From: an uncultured virus (IMG/VR IMGVR_UViG_3300001589_005208)
Lineage: Duplodnaviria; Heunggongvirae; Uroviricota; Caudoviricetes
Reading direction: 5' to 3' (one strand)
DNA: 64,000 nucleotides
IMG/VR virus record: IMGVR_UViG_3300001589_005208
Both the position numbers and the translations under genes were made by a program. Numbering within the stretch: position 1 is the first letter of the stretch; each line of letters begins with the position of its first letter. Under the pieces are notes generated by a model. The model did no database searches, was not told where the DNA came from, and saw nothing but the letters and a program-made list of their open reading frames with translations. Positions 55,565 to 64,000 of this stretch are shown in pieces.

Positions 55565-56293
55565 ATGAGCGATAAATGGAAACAATTAATTGACCTAGTG
55601 GTCAATGAAGAAGAAGATAAAGCCTCCGAGCTTTTCCACGAGATTGTAATTGAAAATTCTCGTGAAATTTATGGAAACTTAATCAACAGTGAAGAAGCAG
55701 TTGAAGAAGAGTCTGTAGACGAAGTAAGCAGTGATGAAGTTGATAATTTTATTGATGATATCAAAGCAGACGAAGAAGGCGTAAGAGAAGAGGACGACGA
55801 AGAAGACGAAGACCTCGAAGGCGCTGAAGACGAAGTTAATGATGCAATGGATATTCCAAGTGATGAAGACCATGCAGAAGGCGAAATTGAAAATCGTGTA
55901 GTTGATACCGAAAATAAGGTTGATGAATTAGGCGACGAAATTGAAGCACTTAAGGCAGAATTCGCTGAGTTAATGAATGACGGTGAGCCAGAAGAAACAG
56001 AAGAGCCAGAAATGGAATCTGTTGAAGAAGCAACTGAAGAAGAGTCAGAAGCAGTAGAAGAAGCAACTGAAGAAGATGCAGACGCTGTAGAAGAGTCAGA
56101 AGAAGTTGTAGTTGAGTACACAGAAAAAGCACCAGCACCAAAAGGTGGTGATGATGATAATGCAACATCAACTGTAGCAAAATCTGGTAAAGGCGGAATC
56201 AAAAATTCTAGTTCAGCAGAAGAAAAAGGTGGAGCAACACCTAAATCACAAAGCATGGGTGGAACAACAAAGCCAGACATGAAAAAAGTCTAA
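55565..56293 (+). CDS. Acidic prohead core / scaffold-like protein
   Basis: Very E/D-rich; AGGAG SD; GTAAATA at 55518-55524; positioned between portal and protease. Confidence 0.65.
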   Translation: MSDKWKQLIDLVVNEEEDKASELFHEIVIENSREIYGNLINSEEAVEEESVDEVSSDEVDNFIDDIKADEEGVREEDDEEDEDLEGAEDEVNDAMDIPSDEDHAEGEIENRVVDTENKVDELGDEIEALKAEFAELMNDGEPEETEEPEMESVEEATEEESEAVEEATEEDADAVEESEEVVVEYTEKAPAPKGGDDDNATSTVAKSGKGGIKNSSSAEEKGGATPKSQSMGGTTKPDMKKV

Positions 56294-56304
56294 GGAGTAC
56301 TTAG

Positions 56305-56940
56305 ATGACTTCAGTATACTTAAAAGAGAATTTGACATTTGCTCAAGCTCGCTTGATAACAGAAAGTTCAGATGATGGCAAGGATTTATTCCTTAAAGGC
56401 ATTTGCATTCAAGGTGGCGTTACTAACGCCAACGGACGTAACTATCCGGTAAGTGAAATTACCAAGGCAGTTTCGGCACTAAATGAACAAATTACTGAAG
56501 GCAGCTCGGTATTAGGAGAAGTCGATCATCCAGATGACTTAAAGATCAACTTAGATCGAGTATGTCATATGATAACCGATGCATGGATGGATGGTCCAAA
56601 CGGTTATGGTAAATTAAAAATACTTCCTACGCCAATGGGGAGTCTAGTACGAACAATGCTAGACAGTGGCGTCAAGTTGGGAGTATCAAGCCGCGGTAGT
56701 GGCAATGTCAATGAGGCTTCGGGAGAAGTAAGCGACTTCGAAATCGTCACAGTCGACGTAGTTGCACAACCATCGGCGCCAAACGCATACCCAACAGCTA
56801 TATACGAAGGCTTAATGAACATGAAATTTGGTCATAAAGCATTAGATGTGGCGCGAGAGGCACAAGAAGATAGTCGTGTACAAAAATACTTAAGAGATGA
56901 GGCTTTACGCCTAATCAAAGAACTTAAACTAAGGAGTTAA
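56305..56940 (+). CDS. gp21: Prohead core protease
   Basis: NANGR.Y, LGEVDHP, TPMG, GVSSRGSG and DVVAQPSAPNA. Confidence 0.93.
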   Translation: MTSVYLKENLTFAQARLITESSDDGKDLFLKGICIQGGVTNANGRNYPVSEITKAVSALNEQITEGSSVLGEVDHPDDLKINLDRVCHMITDAWMDGPNGYGKLKILPTPMGSLVRTMLDSGVKLGVSSRGSGNVNEASGEVSDFEIVTVDVVAQPSAPNAYPTAIYEGLMNMKFGHKALDVAREAQEDSRVQKYLRDEALRLIKELKLRS

Positions 56941-56945
56941 CCAAT

Positions 56946-58028
56946 ATGTTTGACGCACTCAAACCATTGCTTGACAGCGGTATTGTAAATGAAGAAACTA
57001 AGACCGAGATTCAGGAAGCCTGGGAATCCAAGTTAACTGAGACTCGTGAAGAGATTCGCTCTGAATTAAGAGAAGAATTTTCAAGACGTTACGAGCATGA
57101 TAAAAACACAATGGTTGAGGCTCTAGACAAAATGGTTACTGAAGGACTACAGTCTGAAATCGAACAAGTCGTTGCAGAACGCACAAAGCTCGAAGAAGAC
57201 CGTGTCAACTTTAATGCTAAGATGACTACAAAGTCAGAAAAATTTGAAGGCTTTATGGCTACCAAATTAGCAGAAGAGTTAGCAGAACTAAACGAAGACC
57301 GTAAAGCACAGGCTAGTACACTTGATAAGTTACAAAAGTTTGTTGTTAATGCTTTAGCAGAAGAAATTAGCGAGTTCCACAAGGACAAGCAATCTGTTGT
57401 TGAAACAAAGGTCAAGTTAGTTGCAGAAGGCAAGAAACAAATTGAGTCATTAAAGACTAAATTTATTGATCGTGCTTCTACACTAGTTCAGAAAACAGTA
57501 ACTGAGAACCTCAATAACGAATTAACTCAACTAAAAGAAGACATCGAACAAGCACGTCAGAATAACTTCGGACGTAAACTATTTGAAACTTTTGCGGCAG
57601 AGTTTGCAACTTCGCATTTAAATGAAAATGCGGATATCAAAGATTTGCAAAAGCAAGTTGAAGAAGTAAAAGCAAAATTGGCAGAATCTACAAAGACTAC
57701 TGATGAGAAATCAGCACTAGTTGAAAGTAAAGAAGCCGAAATTCGTAGAATTAAAGATCGTATTGCCCGCGATTCAATGTTATCACAGATGATGGCACCT
57801 TTGAACAAAGATCAAAAAGAAGTAATGAGTTCATTACTTGAATCAATTACAACTGATCGTTTAGACGCATCATTTAACAAGTATTTGCCAGCAGTTCTTA
57901 AGAATGACACTAAAACAACTAATAAAGTTTTAGCAGAAACTAAAGAAGTAACTGGGAATAAAAAAGAAACCAAGCAGGATTCAGATGAGGGCAAAATCAT
58001 CGAAATCAAGCGTTTAGCAGGTTTATAA
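56946..58028 (+). CDS. gp22: Prohead core scaffolding protein
   Basis: Coiled-coil, E/K-rich protein between the protease and the capsid gene; FGRKLFE.FA.EF. Confidence 0.8.
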   Translation: MFDALKPLLDSGIVNEETKTEIQEAWESKLTETREEIRSELREEFSRRYEHDKNTMVEALDKMVTEGLQSEIEQVVAERTKLEEDRVNFNAKMTTKSEKFEGFMATKLAEELAELNEDRKAQASTLDKLQKFVVNALAEEISEFHKDKQSVVETKVKLVAEGKKQIESLKTKFIDRASTLVQKTVTENLNNELTQLKEDIEQARQNNFGRKLFETFAAEFATSHLNENADIKDLQKQVEEVKAKLAESTKTTDEKSALVESKEAEIRRIKDRIARDSMLSQMMAPLNKDQKEVMSSLLESITTDRLDASFNKYLPAVLKNDTKTTNKVLAETKEVTGNKKETKQDSDEGKIIEIKRLAGL

Positions 58029-58054
58029 TACATTTTAACTAGGAGACGATAAAA

Positions 58055-59278
58055 ATGTCTAACTTAATCGAAAGTCGCTGGGACGAAACAAAAGATGCCC
58101 TTTTAGAAGGCCTCGCAGGTTCTAAGCGAAAAAATATGGGTGTTGTTTTAGAAAACACCAAAAGATATATCAGTGAAGCAGCAACAGCAGGTGCAACTGC
58201 AGCCGGCGACATTGGTGTACTAAACAAGGTAATTTTACCTGTAATCAGACGTGTAATGCCAACTGTTATTGCTAACGAAATCGTTGGTGTTCAGCCAATG
58301 GCAGGACCTGTTTCACAGATCCACACACTAAGAGTTAAGTACAATGCAGCGACTGACCATGCCGCTACACAGTTACAAGATTCAACTGGTTCTAACTTAG
58401 CCGCAGGTGACGAAGCATTATCACCAGCTGCAATCGCAGCAGGTTATTCTGGTGTTGATAGTGGAACATCTGGTGCCCCTGATGCAACTGCTAACTTAGA
58501 AGGTAAAGCAGGAAACACAATGAGTATCGAAATTCTAAAAGAGACAGTAACTGCGAAAACTCGTAAGTTATCAGCTCGTTGGACTTTTGAATCAGCTCAA
58601 GACGCACAAAGCATCCACGGTATCGATGTAGAAGCAGAAATTATGGCTGCATTAGCACAAGAAATTACTGCTGAAATCGACCAAGAGATTCTTGTAAGTC
58701 TAAGAGCATTAGCAGCTGCTGGTACAGGTTCCGCATTTGGCGCCAACACAGCCGCATATGATCAGGCTGCAGTATCTGGTACAGCTACTTACGTAGGTGA
58801 TGAGCATGCCGCATTAGCAGTATTAATGAATCGTGTAGGTAACAAGATTGCACAAAGAACACGTAGAGGCGCAGGTAACTGGGCAGTTGTAAGTCCACAG
58901 GCACTTACAGTACTACAAAGTGCATCAACTTCAGCATTTGCTAGAACAACAGAAGGTACTTTTGAAGCACCAACAAACACTAAAATGGTTGGAACATTAA
59001 ACAGTAGCATGAGAATCTATGTAGACTCATATGCCTCTGATGCAACAGCAGTATTAGTTGGTTACAAAGGTTCAAGTGAAACAGATGCAGCAGCATTTTA
59101 CTGCCCATACGTTCCACTAATGAGTTCAGGTGTTGTGCTTGATCCAGCAAGTCTAGAGCCAGTAGTTGGTTTTATGACACGTTATGGTTATCAAACACTA
59201 ACAAACACATCAAACTCTCTTGGTAACGCCGCTGATTACCTAGGTAGCATTTCAGTTGCTAACCTATCATTCAGTTAA
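58055..59278 (+). CDS. gp23: Major capsid protein
   Basis: IRRVMP..IA.EIVGVQPM.GP, AKTRKL.ARWT.E.AQD, EI.AEIDQEI, FYCPYVPL and GFMTRYG. Confidence 0.96.
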   Translation: MSNLIESRWDETKDALLEGLAGSKRKNMGVVLENTKRYISEAATAGATAAGDIGVLNKVILPVIRRVMPTVIANEIVGVQPMAGPVSQIHTLRVKYNAATDHAATQLQDSTGSNLAAGDEALSPAAIAAGYSGVDSGTSGAPDATANLEGKAGNTMSIEILKETVTAKTRKLSARWTFESAQDAQSIHGIDVEAEIMAALAQEITAEIDQEILVSLRALAAAGTGSAFGANTAAYDQAAVSGTATYVGDEHAALAVLMNRVGNKIAQRTRRGAGNWAVVSPQALTVLQSASTSAFARTTEGTFEAPTNTKMVGTLNSSMRIYVDSYASDATAVLVGYKGSSETDAAAFYCPYVPLMSSGVVLDPASLEPVVGFMTRYGYQTLTNTSNSLGNAADYLGSISVANLSFS

Positions 59279-59302
59279 TAACTAAGATATGTTAAACATA
59301 AA

Positions 59303-59326
59303 GCAGGGCTTAGGCCCTGCTTTTTT
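59303..59326 (+). terminator. Rho-independent terminator after gp23
   Basis: GCAGGGC-ttag-GCCCTGC followed by TTTTTT. Confidence 0.9.
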
Positions 59327-59331
59327 GTGAC

Positions 59332-59398
59332 TAAATATACTTGTAGATGCATAAGCATTTACTTATGGGGCACCAACCCCGTATTACATAGAACGTAA
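59332..59398 (+). promoter_or_regulatory. Late promoter (TAAATA) followed by a structured 5' leader
   Basis: TAAATA at 59332-59337; hairpins GTAGATGC/GCATTTAC and TATGGGG/CCCCGTA precede the AAGGAG SD. Confidence 0.55.
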
Positions 59399-59412
59399 CT
59401 AAGGAGAAACAA

Positions 59413-59871
59413 ATGGGACGTCCACTAAACAAGAGACTTTTTACAGGTGCAGTTGCAGGTGCTACTGCTGGTAAGAGCGAAATTAAAGTAAACTTTCACA
59501 ATGGTACTGCTGTGGTTGAAGGTACAATTATTAAGCAAAAAGGTTCAAAGAAATTTGTATGTGCTGAAACAGGTACTGCTGATACAACACACACTTGCAC
59601 ACTAACAACTGGTAAATTATCATCTGCTCTAGCAGCCGGTGAAATGTCAATTTCAGTTGACGGTAGCGACAGTGAAACTTATGGCGTAAGTAAAATTACT
59701 GCTCGTAAAATAACAGCCGCACAACCAAGTGCAACAGGTTCAAATGCACTAAATGGTTTATCATTAAAGTGGGATTTTGCAGCCGCATCATCAGGTAAAG
59801 TACAACTTGAAGAAGCAGGTGACGATGACGTTGCTAACACAGATGATGACGACTTTACAGAAGACGCTTAA
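59413..59871 (+). CDS. Virion structural protein (head-associated candidate)
   Basis: MGRPLNKR start and IIKQKGSKKF; directly after gp23 with its own promoter and terminator. Confidence 0.65.
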   Translation: MGRPLNKRLFTGAVAGATAGKSEIKVNFHNGTAVVEGTIIKQKGSKKFVCAETGTADTTHTCTLTTGKLSSALAAGEMSISVDGSDSETYGVSKITARKITAAQPSATGSNALNGLSLKWDFAAASSGKVQLEEAGDDDVANTDDDDFTEDA

Positions 59872-59890
59872 TCTGTCATAGATAACTTAG

Positions 59891-59919
59891 AGTTGCCTCT
59901 TCGGGGGCAACTTTATTTT
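59891..59919 (+). terminator. Rho-independent terminator with a C(UUCG)G loop
   Basis: AGTTGCCTC-ttcg-GGGGCAACT followed by TTATTTT. Confidence 0.85.
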
Positions 59920-59980
59920 AGCATAAGTAATATAGATAACGTTTCATAAGATGCTAAATAGCATATAGGACTGAATTACA

Positions 59981-60778
59981 ATGGCAAAAACGACTAAAAG
60001 AATTAATGGTGATTATGATTTAATCACAAATGATGGCACTACCGGAACAGTATTAATTGATTCTGGAACAGTAACTATCAATGGAAATTTGAATGTAACT
60101 GGTACACAAACTACAGTATCAACAACAGATACTGCTGTTACAGATAACACACTTATACTAAACAGTGGAGAATCAGGTGCAGTTGTTACATCAGGAACTG
60201 CAGGTATTGAAATTGACAGAGGAACATCTGACAATGCAACTTGGCAGTTTAACGAAACAGGCGACACATTCGATGCTAAACTTGGAAGTGCGTATATAAA
60301 CATACAAGCACTAGATCCAACTGCGGCTGCTCACGTGGCAACAAAAAGTTATGTTGATACACAAGTAGGTGGTGGCGGAGCAATAGTTGATAGAATTACT
60401 GAAGGTGACAGTAAACTAGAAATTATTGATGCAGGCGCTGATATAAAGCTCTTTCTTGAACTAGATGCAACACAAATAATGGAAGTTACATCAACTACAC
60501 TTTCATATGCAAACGTATCTATATCTGGAAACACTATTAGTAATAGTGCAACAGGTGAGGATTTAATTCTAGCAACAACTGGAACTGGTGAAGTAAAAAC
60601 TGCTGAAGTACTAACATTAACTGAACAGAGTGTAAATCCAACTGCACAATCAGGTGAAACAAGATTATATGCTAAAACACCAGGAGATGGTGGAAGTGGC
60701 ATGTTTGTTGCCAATCAGGATACAACAGACGAACTAGTAACGAAATCAAAAGCGATTGCTTTTGGATTAATATTTTAA
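59981..60778 (+). CDS. Virion structural / fibre-like protein
   Basis: GNLNVTGT.TTV...DN.L.LN.G...AGIEIDRG module shared with 17081-19345; ATKSYVD; TAAATA at 59955-59960. Confidence 0.7.
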   Translation: MAKTTKRINGDYDLITNDGTTGTVLIDSGTVTINGNLNVTGTQTTVSTTDTAVTDNTLILNSGESGAVVTSGTAGIEIDRGTSDNATWQFNETGDTFDAKLGSAYINIQALDPTAAAHVATKSYVDTQVGGGGAIVDRITEGDSKLEIIDAGADIKLFLELDATQIMEVTSTTLSYANVSISGNTISNSATGEDLILATTGTGEVKTAEVLTLTEQSVNPTAQSGETRLYAKTPGDGGSGMFVANQDTTDELVTKSKAIAFGLIF

Positions 60779-60790
60779 AAGGTAACAATA

Positions 60791-61099
60791 ATGGCATTAG
60801 CACAAGCTCAATTAACAACAAGTACTGCCGCAATTTACACCAGTACCGGAAACACTGCAACAACTGTAATATTCTTTTGCAATACAAGTGCATCAGCAGT
60901 AACAGTTGATGTTTATGCAGTCCCAAATGCAGGAGCGGCATCGGCTACTACACAACTTATTTCAGAAATATCAATCAATGCTAAAGACACATATATGTTA
61001 AACTTAGAAAAGATTGTATTAGCAAATGGTGACAGTATTCATGCAAAAGCAAGTGCGGGTACTGCCGTAACTGCAACTGTAAGTTATGTAGGTATATAA
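60791..61099 (+). CDS. Small virion structural protein (102 aa)
   Basis: Beta-rich, with I.FCN and EKIVL.NGD.I; structural operon context. Confidence 0.65.
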   Translation: MALAQAQLTTSTAAIYTSTGNTATTVIFFCNTSASAVTVDVYAVPNAGAASATTQLISEISINAKDTYMLNLEKIVLANGDSIHAKASAGTAVTATVSYVGI

Positions 61100-61100
61100 A

Positions 61101-61544
61101 ATGGCAAACTTTGTAAAGCAGTTTTCAATTCCATCATCTAATTTAATTAAAGGACCTTTGGATGCAGGTACACAACTTGCAGTTGGTACATCGGCAGAAA
61201 GAAGTTCAGATCCTTTAATTGGAGAAATTAGATATAATACCGATAATACTGTATTAGAAGTTTATGACGGAACGCAATACACTAACGTAGCCGGCGCAGG
61301 AAATGCCGCAATTACAAAAACATCAGTAGCAACAGGCGACGGAACTACAACAGCATTTACAAGTTTCTTTGCAACTGCACCTATTAGTGATCAAGCCGTT
61401 GTTATAGTAGTTGGAAACGTAGTACAAGAGCCAGGACAAGCATATACAACTTCCGGCACAACAACACTTACATTTACAAGTCCACCACCAAATGGACATA
61501 GAATCTACGGTATTGTAGGTTTTGATAGTGTAACTGCTATATAA
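61101..61544 (+). CDS. Virion structural protein (147 aa)
   Basis: GTSAER...GEIRYNTD...EVYDG and GDG.TT.F...V.QEPG..Y....LTFTSPP modules. Confidence 0.65.
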   Translation: MANFVKQFSIPSSNLIKGPLDAGTQLAVGTSAERSSDPLIGEIRYNTDNTVLEVYDGTQYTNVAGAGNAAITKTSVATGDGTTTAFTSFFATAPISDQAVVIVVGNVVQEPGQAYTTSGTTTLTFTSPPPNGHRIYGIVGFDSVTAI

Positions 61545-61564
61545 ATTTCTTTTTGTTTTCTAAG

Positions 61565-61572
61565 TATAAATA
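61565..61572 (+). promoter_or_regulatory. Canonical T4 late promoter TATAAATA
   Basis: Exact match upstream of the ORF starting at 61626. Confidence 0.7.
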
Positions 61573-61625
61573 ACATTATACCCAGGCACACCCGGGAATG
61601 AACAGTGGTGTAGGAAGAGAATAAA

Positions 61626-64000
61626 ATGGCAATAGGAAGAATTTCTGGTGCTATGCTCAAGAATAATCTTGAGAGATTAGGCACAGATCTATCATTTGAA
61701 ACAGATTTATTATACCTCGACGTAGCAAACAGTCGAATAGGTATAGGAACATCAACCCCCACAACAACATTACAAGCAGATAATGTAACGATTAGCGGAT
61801 CTGCAATTAGAAGTGTAGCCGGTGACTTAGACTTAGGTACAGACGCAACTAATATTACTATTGGCGGCGGAAGTGCAGACTATGTTTTAACCACCGATGG
61901 CTCGGGTAATTTAACTTGGAATTCGTTAGGTAATTTAGCATCAGGCGGTGGTGGCGGTCTGACAGGAATGGATGTTAGTTTATCTACACCCTCAGATTCA
62001 AGTTTAACACAATACGGTGCAATTAATAGTTGGACTACGGCAACTAAAGTTACTAATTCAATTGACGATTTAAATGAACTATCTCGTAACGTTATTAATA
62101 ATACAGCAGTAATAGACGCAGACTTTACAGGAAGTCCTTTAACTGGTGGTGCTGGTATGAACGTTACTCTTAGTATTAGTTCAGATGGTAACGCCAATCA
62201 GTATGTAATTGATTGGGGAGATGGAACATCTAATACAACAACTTCGTCTACTACTCCTAGTCACGTTTATGCAACTAACACCGGAAGCCCTTTTACAGTT
62301 ACGGTTACGGCAAGTAACACCAGCGGTGAAGGTGCAGGAAGTTCATCACAAAAGGCAAGAACAAGTTATGTTACAATCTATACTGCTGACCCAGTAGTTA
62401 GTTTTGCAGCCTATGCCGCGGTAAGTGGCGGAAGTCCAATTACATATTGGGACGATGGTGCTACAGTATATTTTCAAAACAATACAACAAATACAACTGG
62501 AGCAACTGTTCAGTATACATACGCATGGGGCGACGGTTCAAGCGATAACGTTGTTACATCAGACAGTGATGCAGGTGGCGTAACAGGAACACGATTAGCA
62601 CATACATTTGCTACAAGCACAGAAACAGAAGTAAGTAGAACAGTTGAATTAACACTTGATTCTCATAGTACTGCGTTACCGAGTGCAGTACCGACTGACG
62701 ATTCAGAAGTTGTAAAAATATATGATGATCACACACCAACAGTAGGATTAAGCGTCACAACAGGAATTAACGAAAGTGCAACCAGTGGCTTACCGGTTAC
62801 GTTTACAAACAATACAGAAAATACAATAGGCAACTATAGTACATACGGAATTCAATATGTGTATACATGGGGCGATGGCACAACACAAACAGTAAACACA
62901 GGAAATAATGGTAGTGGCGATACAGGGCAAACAATAAGTCACACTTATATACTAAGTGGTTCAGATCAAGCAAGTGGAACACCGCAAGATTATACAGGTA
63001 ACTTGCGTGTTACTAGTAACCATACAAGTAGTCCGTTTATAAGCACAAACTTTACAGTACATGTTGAGCCTGATGTAAGAGCAAACATCAGCGGAACTGC
63101 TAACAGAATTAGTGACAGAAGCGGTGACAATCAATATGACGTATATGATGGTGTAACTTATGACGGTGTAAATCATGCATTGGTTACAGTTACTAATACA
63201 ACACAAAATGCAGATGACTATGTTTATAACTGGAATGATGGCAGTTCAAACGATACAGTGACTGAAGACGGTTCAAGTGCTGGATCAATTGGGGCAACAT
63301 TAGGACACGATTTTACTGGAGTAAGCACAGGAAACAAAACATTAAACTTTACTGCAAACGGAACACCAGATATTTCAGCACAAACAGATACTGATAGTTT
63401 AGTATTTCAAGTTAATGCAGTACCGTCTGCTCCAAACGGATTAAGTGCAGAAAGTTTAACATTACAAGATAGTTATCAAGGAACAAGTCCAAAACTAGCA
63501 CACGGCTTTACGGATAATAGTGCAACCAATCCACTAAGTGCAGGAGCAAGTCTAACAACAACTACTGCTAGAAGGTATACAAGTGGAACAATAGATACTA
63601 ACAATGTTACTAACGTATATGATGGAACTGCAGGTACACTTACTGCAACTATAAACGGTGCAGATGCTGGTAATAGAACATTTAGTACCGCACTTAATCA
63701 GACAGGTACAACAGGTGCTCTTATAGTTTCAGATCAAAGAGATGCACACGATACAATTAGTAGTTCAACATACCCAACAGGTTTTTATCAAACATTTGAT
63801 GCAAAGATTACACAAGCAACAGGTAGTTATAGTGCCGGTGTAAACGATCAAAGACTTGAACACACAACAACAGGAAACACAAATTATGTATCTGTTATTA
63901 TTGATAGTGTAACTAGTACACCAACAGTTGATTTAAGTGGAGCAACACTTACAGAAGGATCAGTTACATATAATTATATTTCGGGTATTCCTTATTACAG
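61626..64000 (+). CDS. Large virion protein with PKD-like repeats (truncated by the window end; not in the ORF track)
   Basis: Starts MAIGRISGAMLKNNLER...RIGIGTSTP. In-frame WGDG/WDDG/WNDG motifs at 62214, 62448, 62526, 62868 and 63231; no stop seen. Confidence 0.8.
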   Translation, partial: MAIGRISGAMLKNNLERLGTDLSFETDLLYLDVANSRIGIGTSTPTTTLQADNVTISGSAIRSVAGDLDLGTDATNITIGGGSADYVLTTDGSGNLTWNSLGNLASGGGGGLTGMDVSLSTPSDSSLTQYGAINSWTTATKVTNSIDDLNELSRNVINNTAVIDADFTGSPLTGGAGMNVTLSISSDGNANQYVIDWGDGTSNTTTSSTTPSHVYATNTGSPFTVTVTASNTSGEGAGSSSQKARTSYVTIYTADPVVSFAAYAAVSGGSPITYWDDGATVYFQNNTTNTTGATVQYTYAWGDGSSDNVVTSDSDAGGVTGTRLAHTFATSTETEVSRTVELTLDSHSTALPSAVPTDDSEVVKIYDDHTPTVGLSVTTGINESATSGLPVTFTNNTENTIGNYSTYGIQYVYTWGDGTTQTVNTGNNGSGDTGQTISHTYILSGSDQASGTPQDYTGNLRVTSNHTSSPFISTNFTVHVEPDVRANISGTANRISDRSGDNQYDVYDGVTYDGVNHALVTVTNTTQNADDYVYNWNDGSSNDTVTEDGSSAGSIGATLGHDFTGVSTGNKTLNFTANGTPDISAQTDTDSLVFQVNAVPSAPNGLSAESLTLQDSYQGTSPKLAHGFTDNSATNPLSAGASLTTTTARRYTSGTIDTNNVTNVYDGTAGTLTATINGADAGNRTFSTALNQTGTTGALIVSDQRDAHDTISSSTYPTGFYQTFDAKITQATGSYSAGVNDQRLEHTTTGNTNYVSVIIDSVTSTPTVDLSGATLTEGSVTYNYISGIPYY

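Noticed and set aside
55669..56280. Ser-rich 203-aa minus-strand ORF
   Set aside because: It is the mirror of GAA-rich codons in the acidic core protein.
62209..63206. Track ORFs 62209-62397 (+) and 62961-63206 (-)
   Set aside because: They are out-of-frame or antisense fragments inside the ORF starting at 61626.
1..64000. Alternative genetic code or stop-codon reassignment
   Set aside because: The standard code yields long intact genes, with TAA, TGA and TAG all used as stops.

Overview
This 64 kb window is a densely coding, AT-rich segment of a large T4-like (myovirus-type) phage genome. Seven N bases suggest it is a metagenomic consensus. Positions 1-13.9 kb (minus strand) hold an accessory block: a RuBisCO-like protein, a sugar nucleotidyltransferase, several glycosyltransferase-like genes, five SGNH-like paralogues and small ORFs. 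Positions 13.9-43.6 kb (minus strand) hold fibre and baseplate genes, including a 4167-aa protein and gp6-, gp25-, PAAR-, gp5-, gp53- and gp48-like genes. Positions 43.6-49.5 kb (plus strand) hold a gp55-like late sigma factor, gp47/gp46, an Hc1-like protein, an adenylate-forming enzyme and a minimal GIY-YIG nuclease. The nuclease is followed by the longest non-coding gap in the window, which can be folded into a multi-helix, pseudoknotted RNA candidate. Next come a gp26-like gene with a candidate -1 frameshift extension, a tape-measure-like gene, the head module (gp20, gp21, gp22, gp23) and further virion genes, ending in a truncated PKD-repeat ORF. The most notable candidates are the GIY-YIG gene plus a ~360 nt structured RNA, the T_TTT_TTC frameshift, the non-carboxylating RuBisCO-like gene in a glycan cassette, and overlapping sigma70/late promoters at the sigma gene. 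All family calls come from motif recognition by eye; no searches were run.
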